This document shows positions 13,693 through 24,900 of a DNA stretch of 64,000 bases, in pieces. The stretch comes from the human T2T-CHM13v2.0 reference genome, Homo sapiens, in assembly GCF_009914755.1 (NCBI RefSeq), contig NC_060934.1, one strand, 5' to 3'. Numbering within the stretch: the first letter of the stretch is position 1; each line of letters begins with the position of its first letter. The notes below the pieces were generated by a model. That model was not told the DNA's origin, searched no databases, and worked only from the letters and a program-made list of their open reading frames with translations. The translations under genes were made by a program, and so were the position numbers.

Positions 13693-14144
13693 CTGGAGAT
13701 AGTAGGATAAAAAAGTTCAACTCAACCAAAACCACCAGAGGCACCACCAGTGGGAACTGAGATTGTCCCAGAAAGGAAATGCAAGCACTGCTAGTTAGAC
13801 ATTTCTGATAAGGAATCTGTGACCATTGTGGATTGGAAGCAAAAATATATACTTCCTTAGGGTAAGAGTATTCTTTTTCCTATTGCGTCAGGTTTCTAAG
13901 GCTCACATTCAACCCCTAGTATTCATAACTAAATCTACTGGGACTATTCTTTTTTAATCTATTCCTACTTCTTTTAAAACTAAGGAAATCAAGACCCAGG
14001 ATGAGTATAGAACTTGTACAAGGACACATATTTTGGTTGTGGACCTAAAAAATGTGCTTGCTCTTATGAATGAATACTCCTAGATGAAGAAGTGACTTTA
14101 TCTTTAGGTTTCTCCTCACAGAAGTAGAACAAAAGGTCTATGAG

Positions 14145-14790
14145 ACAATCAATCACCCTATATTTATTGAGCATCTACTATGTGCCAGAGATGGTGATAG
14201 ACACTGAAGATACTGTCATACAGAAGACACACTTTCTAATTTCATGAAATTTATAATCCTCTAGGAAAAACTCTCAACGAAGTTCTTTTGAGTGAAAGCT
14301 AAAAAGTAGTCCAAAGTATTGTGAGCATAGCATAAAACAGATAGGAAGGGGATTCAACCCTATTTGGGGGTCCAGGGAAGGCTTCCCTGAGGAAGAAATG
14401 GTTAAGCTGAGAATTGAGCAATAAGAAGAAGACAGATAAGGTAGGGTTCTTTGAAAATTGCATGATGAAAAATTATCTGGACATTTGCTAAAAAGTACAT
14501 ATTTCCAGGCTCCTTCTCTTGGAGAGTCTGATTAAGTAGATCAGGGGATGAGGTTCAGGAATCTGTATTTGTAACTTCCCCAAGTTGTTCTTGCAATCCA
14601 AGAAGTTTGGGAAAACCTGAAAGAGGCGATGAGCTGTTCCAGGTGAGAAACTATTCATCCTAAGGCATCACATCAAGGGTAGAGAGGACCTGAGAAAAAA
14701 CATTTTGACTAGAGGGCAGAGTGCGATGTCAGGTAACGGACAGGAAGCGTTTGCTAAAATTTGTTGTAAGACCTTGGAACCTTGCACAGT
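14145..14790 (-). mobile_element. L2 3' fragment
   Basis: tatttattgagcatctactatgtgccag...cagggaaggcttccctgaggaag. Confidence 0.75.
14442..14619 (+). mobile_element. MER117/MER5-like hAT MITE nested in L2
   Basis: tctgattaagtagatcagggg...caggaatctgtattt...aagtttgggaaaacctg. Confidence 0.65.
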
Positions 14791-15219
14791 AGCTGAGCAG
14801 ATGCTTAAGTGACTACTGGGATGTAGTAAGGAGAGGACATTGACAACTGCTCTACGGAAGGAACTGAACCTGTTAATTCCTCAGAGTTACCCCCAAATAA
14901 ATAGTTTGCTTTTATTTTCTTTTAACACTAAGGAGAAATGTAGGTAACTGCATAAGAAGTATTGTTTGTTGAGAAGTCTTAGGCAGACCCCATTTTCAAA
15001 AACGCTTCCTATAATGATGCATAAAATTGTGCAGGAAATTACTTTTAGGTTTACATTTTAACAAAATGTAAATAGTCATGGCAAGGAACTTTCCTTCAAC
15101 CAAAAATCTGGTTGTCTTCTCTTGTGTTAAACATTGTGCTTGAACCTTCTCAGCTGTTTATGCAACTGGATTTCAGGAGAGAATATGTGCCAAGAACATG
15201 AACAATTAGCCTTACTTAC

Positions 15220-15363
15220 CTTGTATTTCAGAGAAAGATGCACCATATCTTTAGGTTTATAATCTCCAGCAATGGTTTGCTGAAACTGGCTCATACTGGC
15301 TCTTGAGAGCCAATTGTTAGCATCTATTTGCAACTCCGTGTTCAGTGATTTCACATTCATAGC
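15220..15363 (-). ncRNA. Candidate 144-nt exon partly derived from MER63A
   Basis: Consensus donor AAG|gtaagt at 15220/15219; weaker acceptor gatttcag|GCT inside MER63A. Confidence 0.35.
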
Positions 15364-15462
15364 CTGAAATCAGCCATCGTGGCAGCATTTACACTATGAA
15401 AATCAGCAATTTATCCCTGTCATTGCCGAGAGCCTGTTGTTAACATTTACCAGCACACCATG
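15270..15462 (+). mobile_element. MER63A (hAT-Blackjack MITE)
   Basis: caatggtttgctg...ggctcatactggctcttgagagccaattg...caactccgtgttcagtga...aacatttaccagcacaccatg. Confidence 0.85.
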
Positions 15463-15529
15463 ACTGACAGGTATTCACATTTTTTAAATTGTGGCAATTT
15501 ATGCATGAGAATATTCACTGATTTGTCTC

Positions 15530-15856
15530 CTACAAATAAATACTTTTTTCTCACTGCTCTCCTTTTTATTAAAAAGGAAAGTCTTTCTCAGAATCTTCAA
15601 CAGGCTTCCATTACTTTTTCTTGGTCAGACCTCTGTCCCATGACCATGCAAGAAAGGCTGAGATAGTGAGTATCTAATCTGGCAAAGCTACCAAGTCAAT
15701 TGGTAGCTTTGGTACCAATTGGTACATTTGGTTCAAGTGAATCCTGATTCAACTGTGAACTTGGACACAATAATAATCTTGAACAACACTCGAACTCTGT
15801 TAGTAAGGGAGAAAGGGACATCATCCTTGGTCAGGAAATGAACGATATTTCCCACT
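15530..15856 (-). mobile_element. Old MLT1 (K/L-like) LTR fragment
   Basis: ttggtcagac...gcaagaaaggctgagatagtgagtat...tctgttagtaagggagaaaggg. Confidence 0.5.
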
Positions 15857-15988
15857 TTAGTAATACAAGAAAGGGATGAATGTGGTCTCTAACACCCAGA
15901 AGGCTGAACTGTAACAGAACTAAAATAAGTTCTCTCTATTTTTGCTTGTTTTAACAGCTGCTGGCATTTTATGCCCAGCCTCTTACAG

Positions 15989-16209
15989 CAGTGGTTCTCC
16001 AAGTGTGGTCCTCACATTGGTAACATCAGCATCATCTGGAAACTTGTTAGTAATGCAGATTCTTGGCCCCACCCCAGATCTCCTGAATCAGAAGCTGTGG
16101 CGGGAGGAAGTGATGGTGGAGGGGAACATGATAACAGATGTGGTCCAGTCATCTGTGTTTTAACAGGTGCTGCAGGTGATTCTGATGGACCCTCAAATTT
16201 GAGAACCTG
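15989..16209 (+). mobile_element. MER5A
   Basis: cagtggttctccaagtgtggtcc...catcagcatcatctggaaacttgttag...gtgattctgatg...tttgagaacc. Confidence 0.9.
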
Positions 16210-16369
16210 CCTAAAGAGTGTCTAACTCTATCAGTGTGATAATGTGTAAAGTGAATTTCAGCGAATCAAAAGCACCTTGTTGGTACTAGGCACATAGTAG
16301 GCACCATCATTTATTCATTCATTCATTCATTTATTAAGCACTTGCTAGTGTTACCCTGTGTCACACAAT

Positions 16370-16840
16370 CCATTCCCCACTAGCAGCCAGAATGATGTTT
16401 TAAAAATGTAATCAGATTGTGCAACTTGCTTGCTTAAAACCTTTCAGTGGCTTGTACAATAAGATGAATACAAACTCTAAGTCACTCCATGTTCTGGCCT
16501 GCCTGCCTCTCCAAATTCCTATTCATTGCCTCTTGGTTCCTTGACCAGGCTAAACTTCCTTCTATGAATGACTCTACCTTGTCATTTTAGTTCCACCTTA
16601 ACACCTTTTCAGAGAAGATTTCTGCATACCTTATCAAAGGTGCCTCAGCTTGCCCCTATTTATCTTTATCACATTACCCACTGATTTTCTTCATAGCATA
16701 TAAAACTATTGTATCTATTCATTTGCTTATTGTCTGATTCTTCCCCTAGAAAATAAACTCCATGCAGGTGTCCACTGCCTCTCAGTGTCTATGTGGGCCT
16801 TGTAATCCTAGAAGTCTCAATAAATATTTGTTGAATGAAT
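16370..16840 (+). mobile_element. L2a 3' end
   Basis: gcagccagaatgat...cttaaaacctttcagtggctt...ctcaataaatatttgttgaatgaat. Confidence 0.85.
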
Positions 16841-17039
16841 TTCTGGGTACCGTCCTAGATGTTTCATAACTGAAATTTGAATTGCTAGAGGAAATTAACA
16901 GCAGGAGTCAGCGCTTTGGCAAAGGCACATCATGTCTCTTTCTTTCTTTCTTTCTTTTTGGTTGTAAATTATAATTTATTTCATTTGTAGAAACTTAAAT
17001 TTACTTACAGGAAGCTCTTCAAAGGATGATGAAACTCAC

Positions 17040-17100
17040 TTGTGAGATCGGTTGGCTTCCGATTAAGAGTAGGCATTATGTTTATTTATTGACGGGATTA
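17040..17100 (-). ncRNA. Candidate 61-nt exon
   Basis: Acceptor ttttgaagttcctag|TAA, donor CAA|gtgagt (alternative CCT|gtaagt at 17009); three CpGs; contains ATG at 17076. Confidence 0.35.
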
Positions 17101-17193
17101 CTAGGAACTTCAAAAATAATACAAAAATGTTTTTTATCTTGTACCACATCAGATAAGCAAGTAACTGACTCAGAAAATTTATGATAGCCTTAC

Positions 17194-17215
17194 CGTTGTT
17201 TTCCCACGGACTGTT
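17194..17215 (-). ncRNA. Candidate 22-nt microexon
   Basis: Acceptor tttcatctttctatttccag|AAC, donor ACG|gtaagg. Confidence 0.4.
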
Positions 17216-17989
17216 CTGGAAATAGAAAGATGAAATCAGACTCCAGTGCCATCTAGTGGTCATGTTTAGTTCCTCAAGAAATAAAATCCAATGTAGTCTA
17301 GCACTGATTTTTCACTTTTTGGGAGATATTGGGCTTGTGTATGTGTCTTTCCAATTTCAGATATTACTTTAGAAATTTTAATAAATATTAGATTAATGCA
17401 ACTGATGCAAGTTGGTCAAATTCTTGAAAATTTATGAGAAATGCTAATCCTTCATGGTGTTATGTTGTAGTAGAAATGGGTTTTATAAATAATAATTGTG
17501 ATGATAACCCTTCATCAAGTTGTATAATCCTAAGGAACTGAACTATTTGACACCTCCCTTTGGTGATGGACATCAGTGGACACTCAGAGGCAAAGGAAGA
17601 ATTCAGAATTTCTGATCTCCAATCCCATTTTCACTCTACTTTGTTGCATATGGTGATCTAAAGTTTGATTCCAGATGTCCCATCCTACTCATGTTTTCCA
17701 TTCTTTCTACTGGCTTATAGTAAGATCTTTTACAAACAATAACCAGATCCTCAGTTTAAGAAGTAAAGTGTCCATTTTAAACAAAAATTAGAACCTCAAA
17801 AGTTCTTCATAAAATTATTTTCATCTCCTATGATCATAACATAATTTATAGGGTCCACAGAAACTAACAGAAATAAATACTCTGGTTGCATCTAAAATGG
17901 ATCATGCCCTGTGCTTATCTCTTTATGCACACTCAACAACGCTGCACAATCTAATGATTATTCCCTACATTAAAAAGATGAAGAGTAAT

Positions 17990-18210
17990 ACTCATAGAAT
18001 CGGCATTTGTTGAGCCACTAATATATGCCAGGTATCATGCCAGGTATTTTTAATACATTATTTTATTTAATTCTACAAACTTTTCAGAAGTAGTTTTCAT
18101 CTGTGCAGATGAAGAAACTGAAGCTCAAAGGAGTTGTTAGCCCAAAAACCCATATCTGGAGACTGCAATTGGAGCCCTTCTGGCTGGCTCCATATCTCTG
18201 CTCTTTCTAA
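17990..18210 (-). mobile_element. MIR
   Basis: catttgttgagcc...atgccagg...gcagatgaagaaactgaagctcaaag. Confidence 0.75.
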
Positions 18211-18423
18211 TCATTTTCCAGAAGTTTAAAAGGAATTTTGATTTTTAATTTTTAAAAAAAATTTTTCCCACCACATCATGCCCCATCAGAAGATCAGCAG
18301 TTTGAGGGCAGGAACCACATCTAATGCCTGGCATGTAATATCTCAATAAGTATTTGTTGAATGAATTGAAGGAGGCAGGCTTGAAAAGGTTCTAGTTCTC
18401 CAGCCAGTCATTTGGTTACCATT

Positions 18424-18976
18424 CATATTCGTTATTTATTGCTGCATGAGACTTAGTGGCTGAAAACAATAAATAATAAACATTTGCTATCTCAGACTTT
18501 CTGTGGTTCAGGAATCCAGAAGCAGGTTACCTGGATCTCTCATGAGGCTGAAGTCAATATTTTGGCCAAGGCTACAGTCATCAAGGCTCAGCTGGGGCAG
18601 GATCAACTTGCAAGATCACTCATATGGCTGTTGGCAGTCCCCAGAAGATCTGCATCCAAGCTCATTTGCGTGGCTATTGGCAGGCTTCCTCTCCCTACCA
18701 CGTGGGCTTCTCCACAGGGCTGCTTCACACACATGGCAGCTGGCTTTCCCCAGGATGAAGTGATCCACAGGGAGTGAGAGAGAAGGCTCAAGATGAAAGC
18801 CACAGTCTTTTTATAACCTTATCTTAGCAAGTGGTATCTCATCGCCTCTACTGTATTCTCTTCATTAGAAGTTACCCGTGAAATCTCCCCCTACTCGTGG
18901 GGAGGAGATTATATAAGGGCATGAATACTAAGACATGAGAGTCCTTGGGCCATCTCAGAGACTGCCAACCACCACA
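18424..18976 (-). mobile_element. MLT1F-like MaLR solo LTR
   Basis: tattgctgc...acttagtggctgaaaacaa...ctcatgaggctgaagtc...catggcagctggctttcccc...accaca. Confidence 0.85.
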
Positions 18977-20677
18977 TTCGTGGCATATCCATTGAGGATT
19001 GACCCTTGAGATCACTCTGTAATATTACAGATCATTTCCTTCCCATGCTACATGAAAATGTCTTGTAATCTAGCTGAGGCAGGTTCTAACAGTTCTGATA
19101 TTAGACAAATCCAAATCTTAACTCCTTCATTTTATAATTGTGACCCTGTTGCTTCATTTCTAATATATGAAGTAGGCATTATAACAGTATATGCTTCATG
19201 AGCATTTCATGAAGATTAAATGAGAGTATCAGGAAATTGCTTATTATAGTGCCTGACATCAGGAAACTAAGCAATCACTTCCAGCTAAAACAGTCTAAAT
19301 ATACTAGTAACTTTATTTTGAACATTCCAAAATGCTTTCCTATGTGTCACTTCTTGTTTTGTTTTATTCTCTTTGTAATTGTAGTAAGGTGGTAGAATTT
19401 GATACAGTTATACATATTTTAAATATTACTATTTGAGGCACTTAAAATTAAATAACTTACCAGTAGATATTGAAGTCAGGGGCCAGGAACATTCTCACTA
19501 CCTCATTTCTATATAATCAGTATTTATTGTTACGGAGTTAATGAAACCAAAAGTTGCCGTAGAATAGACAGAGTCATATTTTGAATGTCATAAAGGAAAT
19601 GTCTATGAACTAACCATAATGTAGACACCACATTTTAAACTGCACTGTTATGGTAGCTTAGGAAACCCACATCCTGGCTTCAGTTCCTCATGCTAAGAGT
19701 ATGGTTTTTCTGTTAAGTTAATGAAAAACCACCTCACGAGGCTCAGATTCTATCTCTTAATTTGAGAATGGTCTACTAGAAGGCCTAGGAGACTTTCTTA
19801 TGATAAATTCCAAATGATATTTTACCTAAACCAACAATAAAACTCTGTAAGAGAGACCTGAAACCACAGATACATTCCCATTTAATTTCTATTATTCTCC
19901 AAGTCCTCAACCCCTTCTCTCCCTTTCTCTCCCAGAAACCCCAAATTCAGGCCAAACAATAATGAAGAAAAACCTTGTTGACTATGTGTCATAATTACAT
20001 CTGTCTTTGGAAGGGAAGACTCTATTCCCCAGATATTAGATTGAGCCTTGAATCATTTTAACTTACGAAGCTGATCTACTCAGAAGAAAAGTCATTTCAT
20101 GATTAAAGCTTAGTGTCCCTTTCTCCCCCATTTTCTGTTTACACACAAAAAAATAAACAACAGCTTCTCTGATCAAGCTGTAGCAAACTTGTGCTGCTGA
20201 ACTCTTCCCCTTTAAATGATTATAGCTTTCTTCTAAGCCCTCTGTTGTCCTGTCTCACATATGCATGGGAGCTACCCAACTTTTAAGACTTTTGTTTATT
20301 GGAGTTTACAATGTGCTTTGGAGGGGTTAGGAGAAAAATGAGGGAGAGCAGGAGAGAGGGGTTGTTACAGATGAAGAAGTGGAGAAAACAATGTTTGATA
20401 GGTTTTCAACTCTAATTTCTAAAAAATTATTGGAAATATGTCTAAGAAAAAGCAAAGTTCTAAACACCTTTGTGAGGTATCAAACAAGGTAGCTGGTGCC
20501 ACTTCAATATTTCAAAGAGGGAAATATTTCACATTCAGGCTCTGTAAATGTTATGTTTTGTTCCCTGGCTAACAGGCTTGGTTCTTCTGGGAAGACTCCA
20601 AAGGCAATAGGTCATCACTACCACTGATGTCCATGTCCAACCCTACAGCCAAGCAAGAGAATCATGTCAACACTGAC

Positions 20678-20777
20678 CTTTTGGGGGCTGACCTAATAGA
20701 ACGCTATGTTCTTCAGAAATGTTAAAGACTGAAGAGCGTGCACACCAAAACACTCATACCACCATCATATAAAGTGT
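20678..20777 (-). ncRNA. Candidate 100-nt exon
   Basis: Acceptor catttcattccag|ACA preceded by a CA/CCCA tract; donor AAG|gtcagt (alternative GTG|gtatga at 20760). Confidence 0.3.
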
Positions 20778-21425
20778 CTGGAATGAAATGGTGTGTGTGT
20801 GGGTGAGTGGGTGGGTGGATGAGGGCATGTGTGTGTTGAAACCTGTTGCATCCATATATAAATGGAGATACGTACATAAGCACATGTATATATTGATCTA
20901 GTTATTTCTATATAATCAGCAATCTTTAAGCAATGTTCAATGGTCAGACCACATTTGGTGTACTGTATACAGCCCTGGGTCACAGGGTCCTGAACAAGTT
21001 AAGATATATTCAGGGAAGGAATCTGGGCTCAGAAAAGGTCAGAAACCACTAGCAACAATAATCAGAGGAAGAAAGTGGGTAGGATTACTCTGGAGAAGTG
21101 AAGACATAGTAAGAGCAGGGTCACTTTTAAATACCAGAACACTGTCATCAGGTGAGAGGAAATACCAGCTATGTGTCTCTCCAAGGGCAGAGCAAGGACA
21201 AACTGCCAGAAGCAATGAATAGGAAGGTTGATCTTCCGTACATGATGGGCTTTCTAACAACTTGAGAATGCAGGAAAGCAATCAGATCAGTCAACTCAGC
21301 TGTCCTACCAGTGTCCAGTTCAACTAACTGGACCATCTTGCCCATGAGGCAGCCTAAGAAATGATGCCAGGTGCATTTTCAGAAATCCAGACTCAGGCCA
21401 TCTGCCCTGTACTGCTGATCCAATT

Positions 21426-21453
21426 TAATAATAATAATAATAATAATAATAAT
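21426..21453. repeat. (TAA)9 microsatellite at a MIR end
   Basis: Direct read. Confidence 0.95.
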
Positions 21454-21689
21454 AGCAGACATTTAAATAGTACACTTACTCTGTGCCAGGCCCTGTGCAA
21501 TTGTTTTGCCAATCAGAAGATAACAGCTCCAGAGAGATCTTTAATTCCTTCTGATGAGAAGCAGAAAGTAGGAAAATAATTCCATTTTTTGTTGACAGAA
21601 AAGAGTAAGTGGAATGGCAAAGAATTCAGCAAGGCAAAATAATATACCTCAATTTTTTGATTGCTTTAAAATTCTCTGTTCTTTTGAAT

Positions 21690-22080
21690 AACACGTGGTA
21701 TACACATACAGCAGAGTATTATTCAGACATAGTAAGACTGAAGCTCTGATACATGCTAAAATATGGATGAACTTTTAAAATATTATGCTAAGTGATGAAG
21801 TCAGGCTTACAGGATAAATGTTGTAGGATTCCACTCCTATGAATATATAGAATAGGCAGATTCATAGATATTGAAATTAGATTGAAGATTACCAGAGGCT
21901 AGGAGAGGGGAATGGAGAATTATTACTTAATGGGTACAGAGTTTCTTTTTGGGGTGATGAAAATGTTACAGTGGTGTTGGTTCCACAGCATTGTGAATGT
22001 TTTTAATACCACTGAATTGTACACTTTCAAAAGGTTAAAATAGTACATTTTATGTTATATGTATTTAACCACAATAAAAA
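21690..22080 (+). mobile_element. L1MB 3' end
   Basis: atggatgaac...tatgctaagtga...aatgggtacagagtttc...ccactgaattgtacactt...accacaataaaaa. Confidence 0.85.
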
Positions 22081-22348
22081 TTTAATTAAAAATTTTAAAA
22101 GGGATGTCATCCCTTAAAATATTATTTCTTCCTTCCTGCTTACTTAGGGAAGAACTTGGTTTAAATTGGGATATTTCTGAAGAGAAGAATTGGTTTCCCA
22201 AATGGCAAGTCCTGGACCCAGAGAAGTCATGTCCAGAAGTGCCTAATTGAAAGAAAATATTCAGACTTCAAGCCAACAGTGGTTCCCGGGAACAATACCT
22301 CCCTGTCAAGAGGAGCCCCTATCATGAAACGAACCCCTTGCTTTAGAG

Positions 22349-23747
22349 TAGCGCTGTCCAATAGAACTTTCTGTGATAATGAAAATGTTCCTTTTTTAAA
22401 AAACAAAACAAAACAAAACTTTTATTTTCGGTTCAGGGATTCATATGAAAATTTGTTACATAGGTAAACTCATGTCATGAGGTTTCGTTGTACAGATTAT
22501 TTCATCACCCAGGTATTAAGCCCAGTACTCAATTGTAATCTTTTCATCTCCTCTCCCTCCTTTCACCCTGCACCCTCAATTAGAGCCCTGTATCTGATGT
22601 TTCCCTCTTTGTGTGCATGAGTTCTCATCATTTACCTCCAACTTAAAAGTAAGAACATGCAGTATTTTGTTTTCTGTTTCTGTGTTTGTTTGCTAAGGAT
22701 AATAGCCTCCAGCTCCATCCATTTTCCTGCAAAAGACATATTCTCATTCTTTTTTATGGCTGCATAGTATTCCATGATATATATGCACCAAATTTTCTTT
22801 ACCCAAACTGTCATTGATGGGCATTTAGGTTGATTCCATGTCTTTACTATTGTGAGTAATGCTGCAATAAACATTCGTGTGCACATGAATGATTTATTTT
22901 CCTCTGAGTATGAACCCAGTAATGGGACTGCTGGGTCGAATGGTATTTCTGCTTTTAGCTCTTTGAGGAATTACCATACTTCTTTACACAATGGTTAAAC
23001 TAATTTACGCTCTCACCAACAGTTTATAAGCATTCCCTTTTCTTTGCAAATTTGCCAGCATGTTATTATTATTTTTTTTAAATAATAGTCATTCTGACTG
23101 GTGTAAGATGATATTTCTTTGTGGTTTTGATTTGTATTTATCTAATGATCAGTGATATTGAGATTTTTTTTCTTTGCTTGTTGTCCTCATTTATGTCTTC
23201 TTTTGAAAGTGTCTGTTCATGTCCTTTGCCCACTTTTTAATGGAGTTGTTTTTCTCTTGTAAATTTCTTTAAGTTCCTTATAGATGCTGGATATTAGACT
23301 TTTGTCAGATGCATAGTTTGCAAATATTTTCTCCCATTCTGTAAGTTGTCTGTTTACTCTGTTGATAGTTTCCTTTGCTGTGCAGAAGCTCTTAAACTTA
23401 ATTAGATCTCACTTGTCAATTTTTGCTTTTATTGTGATTACTTTTGGTGTCTTTATCATGAAATCTTTGTTTCTATGTCCAAGATGCTATTGTCTGGGTT
23501 GTCTTCCAGGGTTTTTACAGTTTTGGGGTTTTACATTTAAGTCTTTAATCTGTCTTGAGTTAATTTTTGTATATGGTGTAAGAAAGGGGTTTGGTATGCC
23601 CAGTAGCCATTAGCCACATTTGGCTTTTGAGCATTTGAAATATGGTCAGCATGACAGAAGAACTGAATTTTACATTCTATTTAATTTGAATTAATGTAAA
23701 TTTAAATAGCTACATACATCTAGTGGCTATTGTATTGGACAGCACAT
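22349..23747 (+). mobile_element. MER3 split by an L1 insertion (22349-22390 and about 23600-23747)
   Basis: gcgctgtccaatagaactttctgtgat ... tagccattagccacat ... gtattggacagcaca; 8-bp TSD ctttagag/gtttagtg. Confidence 0.9.
22392..23592 (-). mobile_element. L1PA13-16-like, 5'-truncated (about 1.2 kb)
   Basis: ORF 22632-22886 (-) is the ORF2p C-terminus (CTRMFIAALLTIVKTWNQPKCPS); 3' UTR tacagattatttcatcacccaggtatta. Confidence 0.9.
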
Positions 23748-24559
23748 GTTTAGTGAGGTTTTTCTCTGGACCTTTTCTGGTCAGTTCCCTTCTCAAGATG
23801 GGAGTGGTAGGAGGGGCCCAGGGGTCTACCATTGGCCTCTTCCTCCAGGCTCCAATCAGGGAAGGGTGGATGCCAGAGCCATGAAAAAAATGTCTATCTG
23901 AGCCATTTTAAGGAAACATGGAATTAGAGTCTTATATTAGTAAGAGAGAGGCATATAGGAAATCGGCAAGAGTTGACTTTCATCCTAGCAAGTGCAGGCA
24001 TAAAAACCAGAGTGGAGACAGAAGAGCCCAGGATGTGAAGATGAGAAATGGAAGACTGCATGAAATTTTGTGTTCATGGGGTCAACTGGATGTTAAATTT
24101 CTCCCTGGAGATTTGGGGAAGAAAAATAGATTCTTCCTGGACCCTTTTAAACATGAGAGAGAATGTTTACATTTTGCCGGAGGCTGGGACGTTCCTGGCT
24201 CCAGGTCTGGGTGTAGCTTAGTATGTAAGGGATAGTCCGTCGTCTCCCAGAGCTGTGTTGGAATTCATAGTAGATTTGGAAAAGGCGGTCATGTGGAATA
24301 AATGCTGCAGTAATTTGGCCCAAATAAAACTATATGGCTTCTCAATTTCCACCTCTTCATGTACTTCTGCTTTTCCTTAAATACTGCCTTCCCTCTAAGG
24401 TTTTCACATCCCCTATCCTTTTCCCCAAACTGTAGAACTGAAGACATGGGTCAAAATCAGAGAAACCCAGGTTTGGCTGAATCAAGGCTCCAGTGAATCT
24501 GGGAATGAAAGGGGTGAATTATCAGCAATCTGGTTGCTGATTTTTTTTTTTCCTGTGAA

Positions 24560-24900
24560 AAAAACCCTTTATTTACTCTGTCTTGGCAATCACTCGATTG
24601 ATTTAGAAAAATTACACCTTAATTTCCCTTTAGAAATATTTGCAACAATGAAGAGGCGAATTACTTTTCTAAAGCCTTGGCTGCCTTGACGTGTCTGTAC
24701 AGTAATGTGATTAGAGAACCACTGAGAAGCCAAAAGAGCTCCCATCTCAATTAGCTTCTGTGGGAGGGGAGTGAGAAAAAGCTGCACCTTCGCTTTCCTT
24801 GACTGCTCACTGAATCCGATGAGGAAAGAGCACAGTTGTTCTAAGCACATGGCTAGCTTTGGATAAAATTGCAATGTAATCATCCGATTATTTTAAAGAT
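24560..24900. promoter_or_regulatory. Candidate enhancer-like non-coding element
   Basis: Repeat-free, six CpGs; SOX AACAATG, TGACGT and inverted TAATC/GATTA motifs. Confidence 0.35.

Noticed and set aside
22632-22886. ORFs with real protein similarity (also 31254-32189, 43323-46005, 61145-62196)
   Set aside because: Broken L1 ORF2p fragments within dead L1 copies.
23760-24240. Possible very old LTR and 105-aa ORF 23918-24235
   Set aside because: Could not match termini or family with confidence; the ORF has no recognisable homology.
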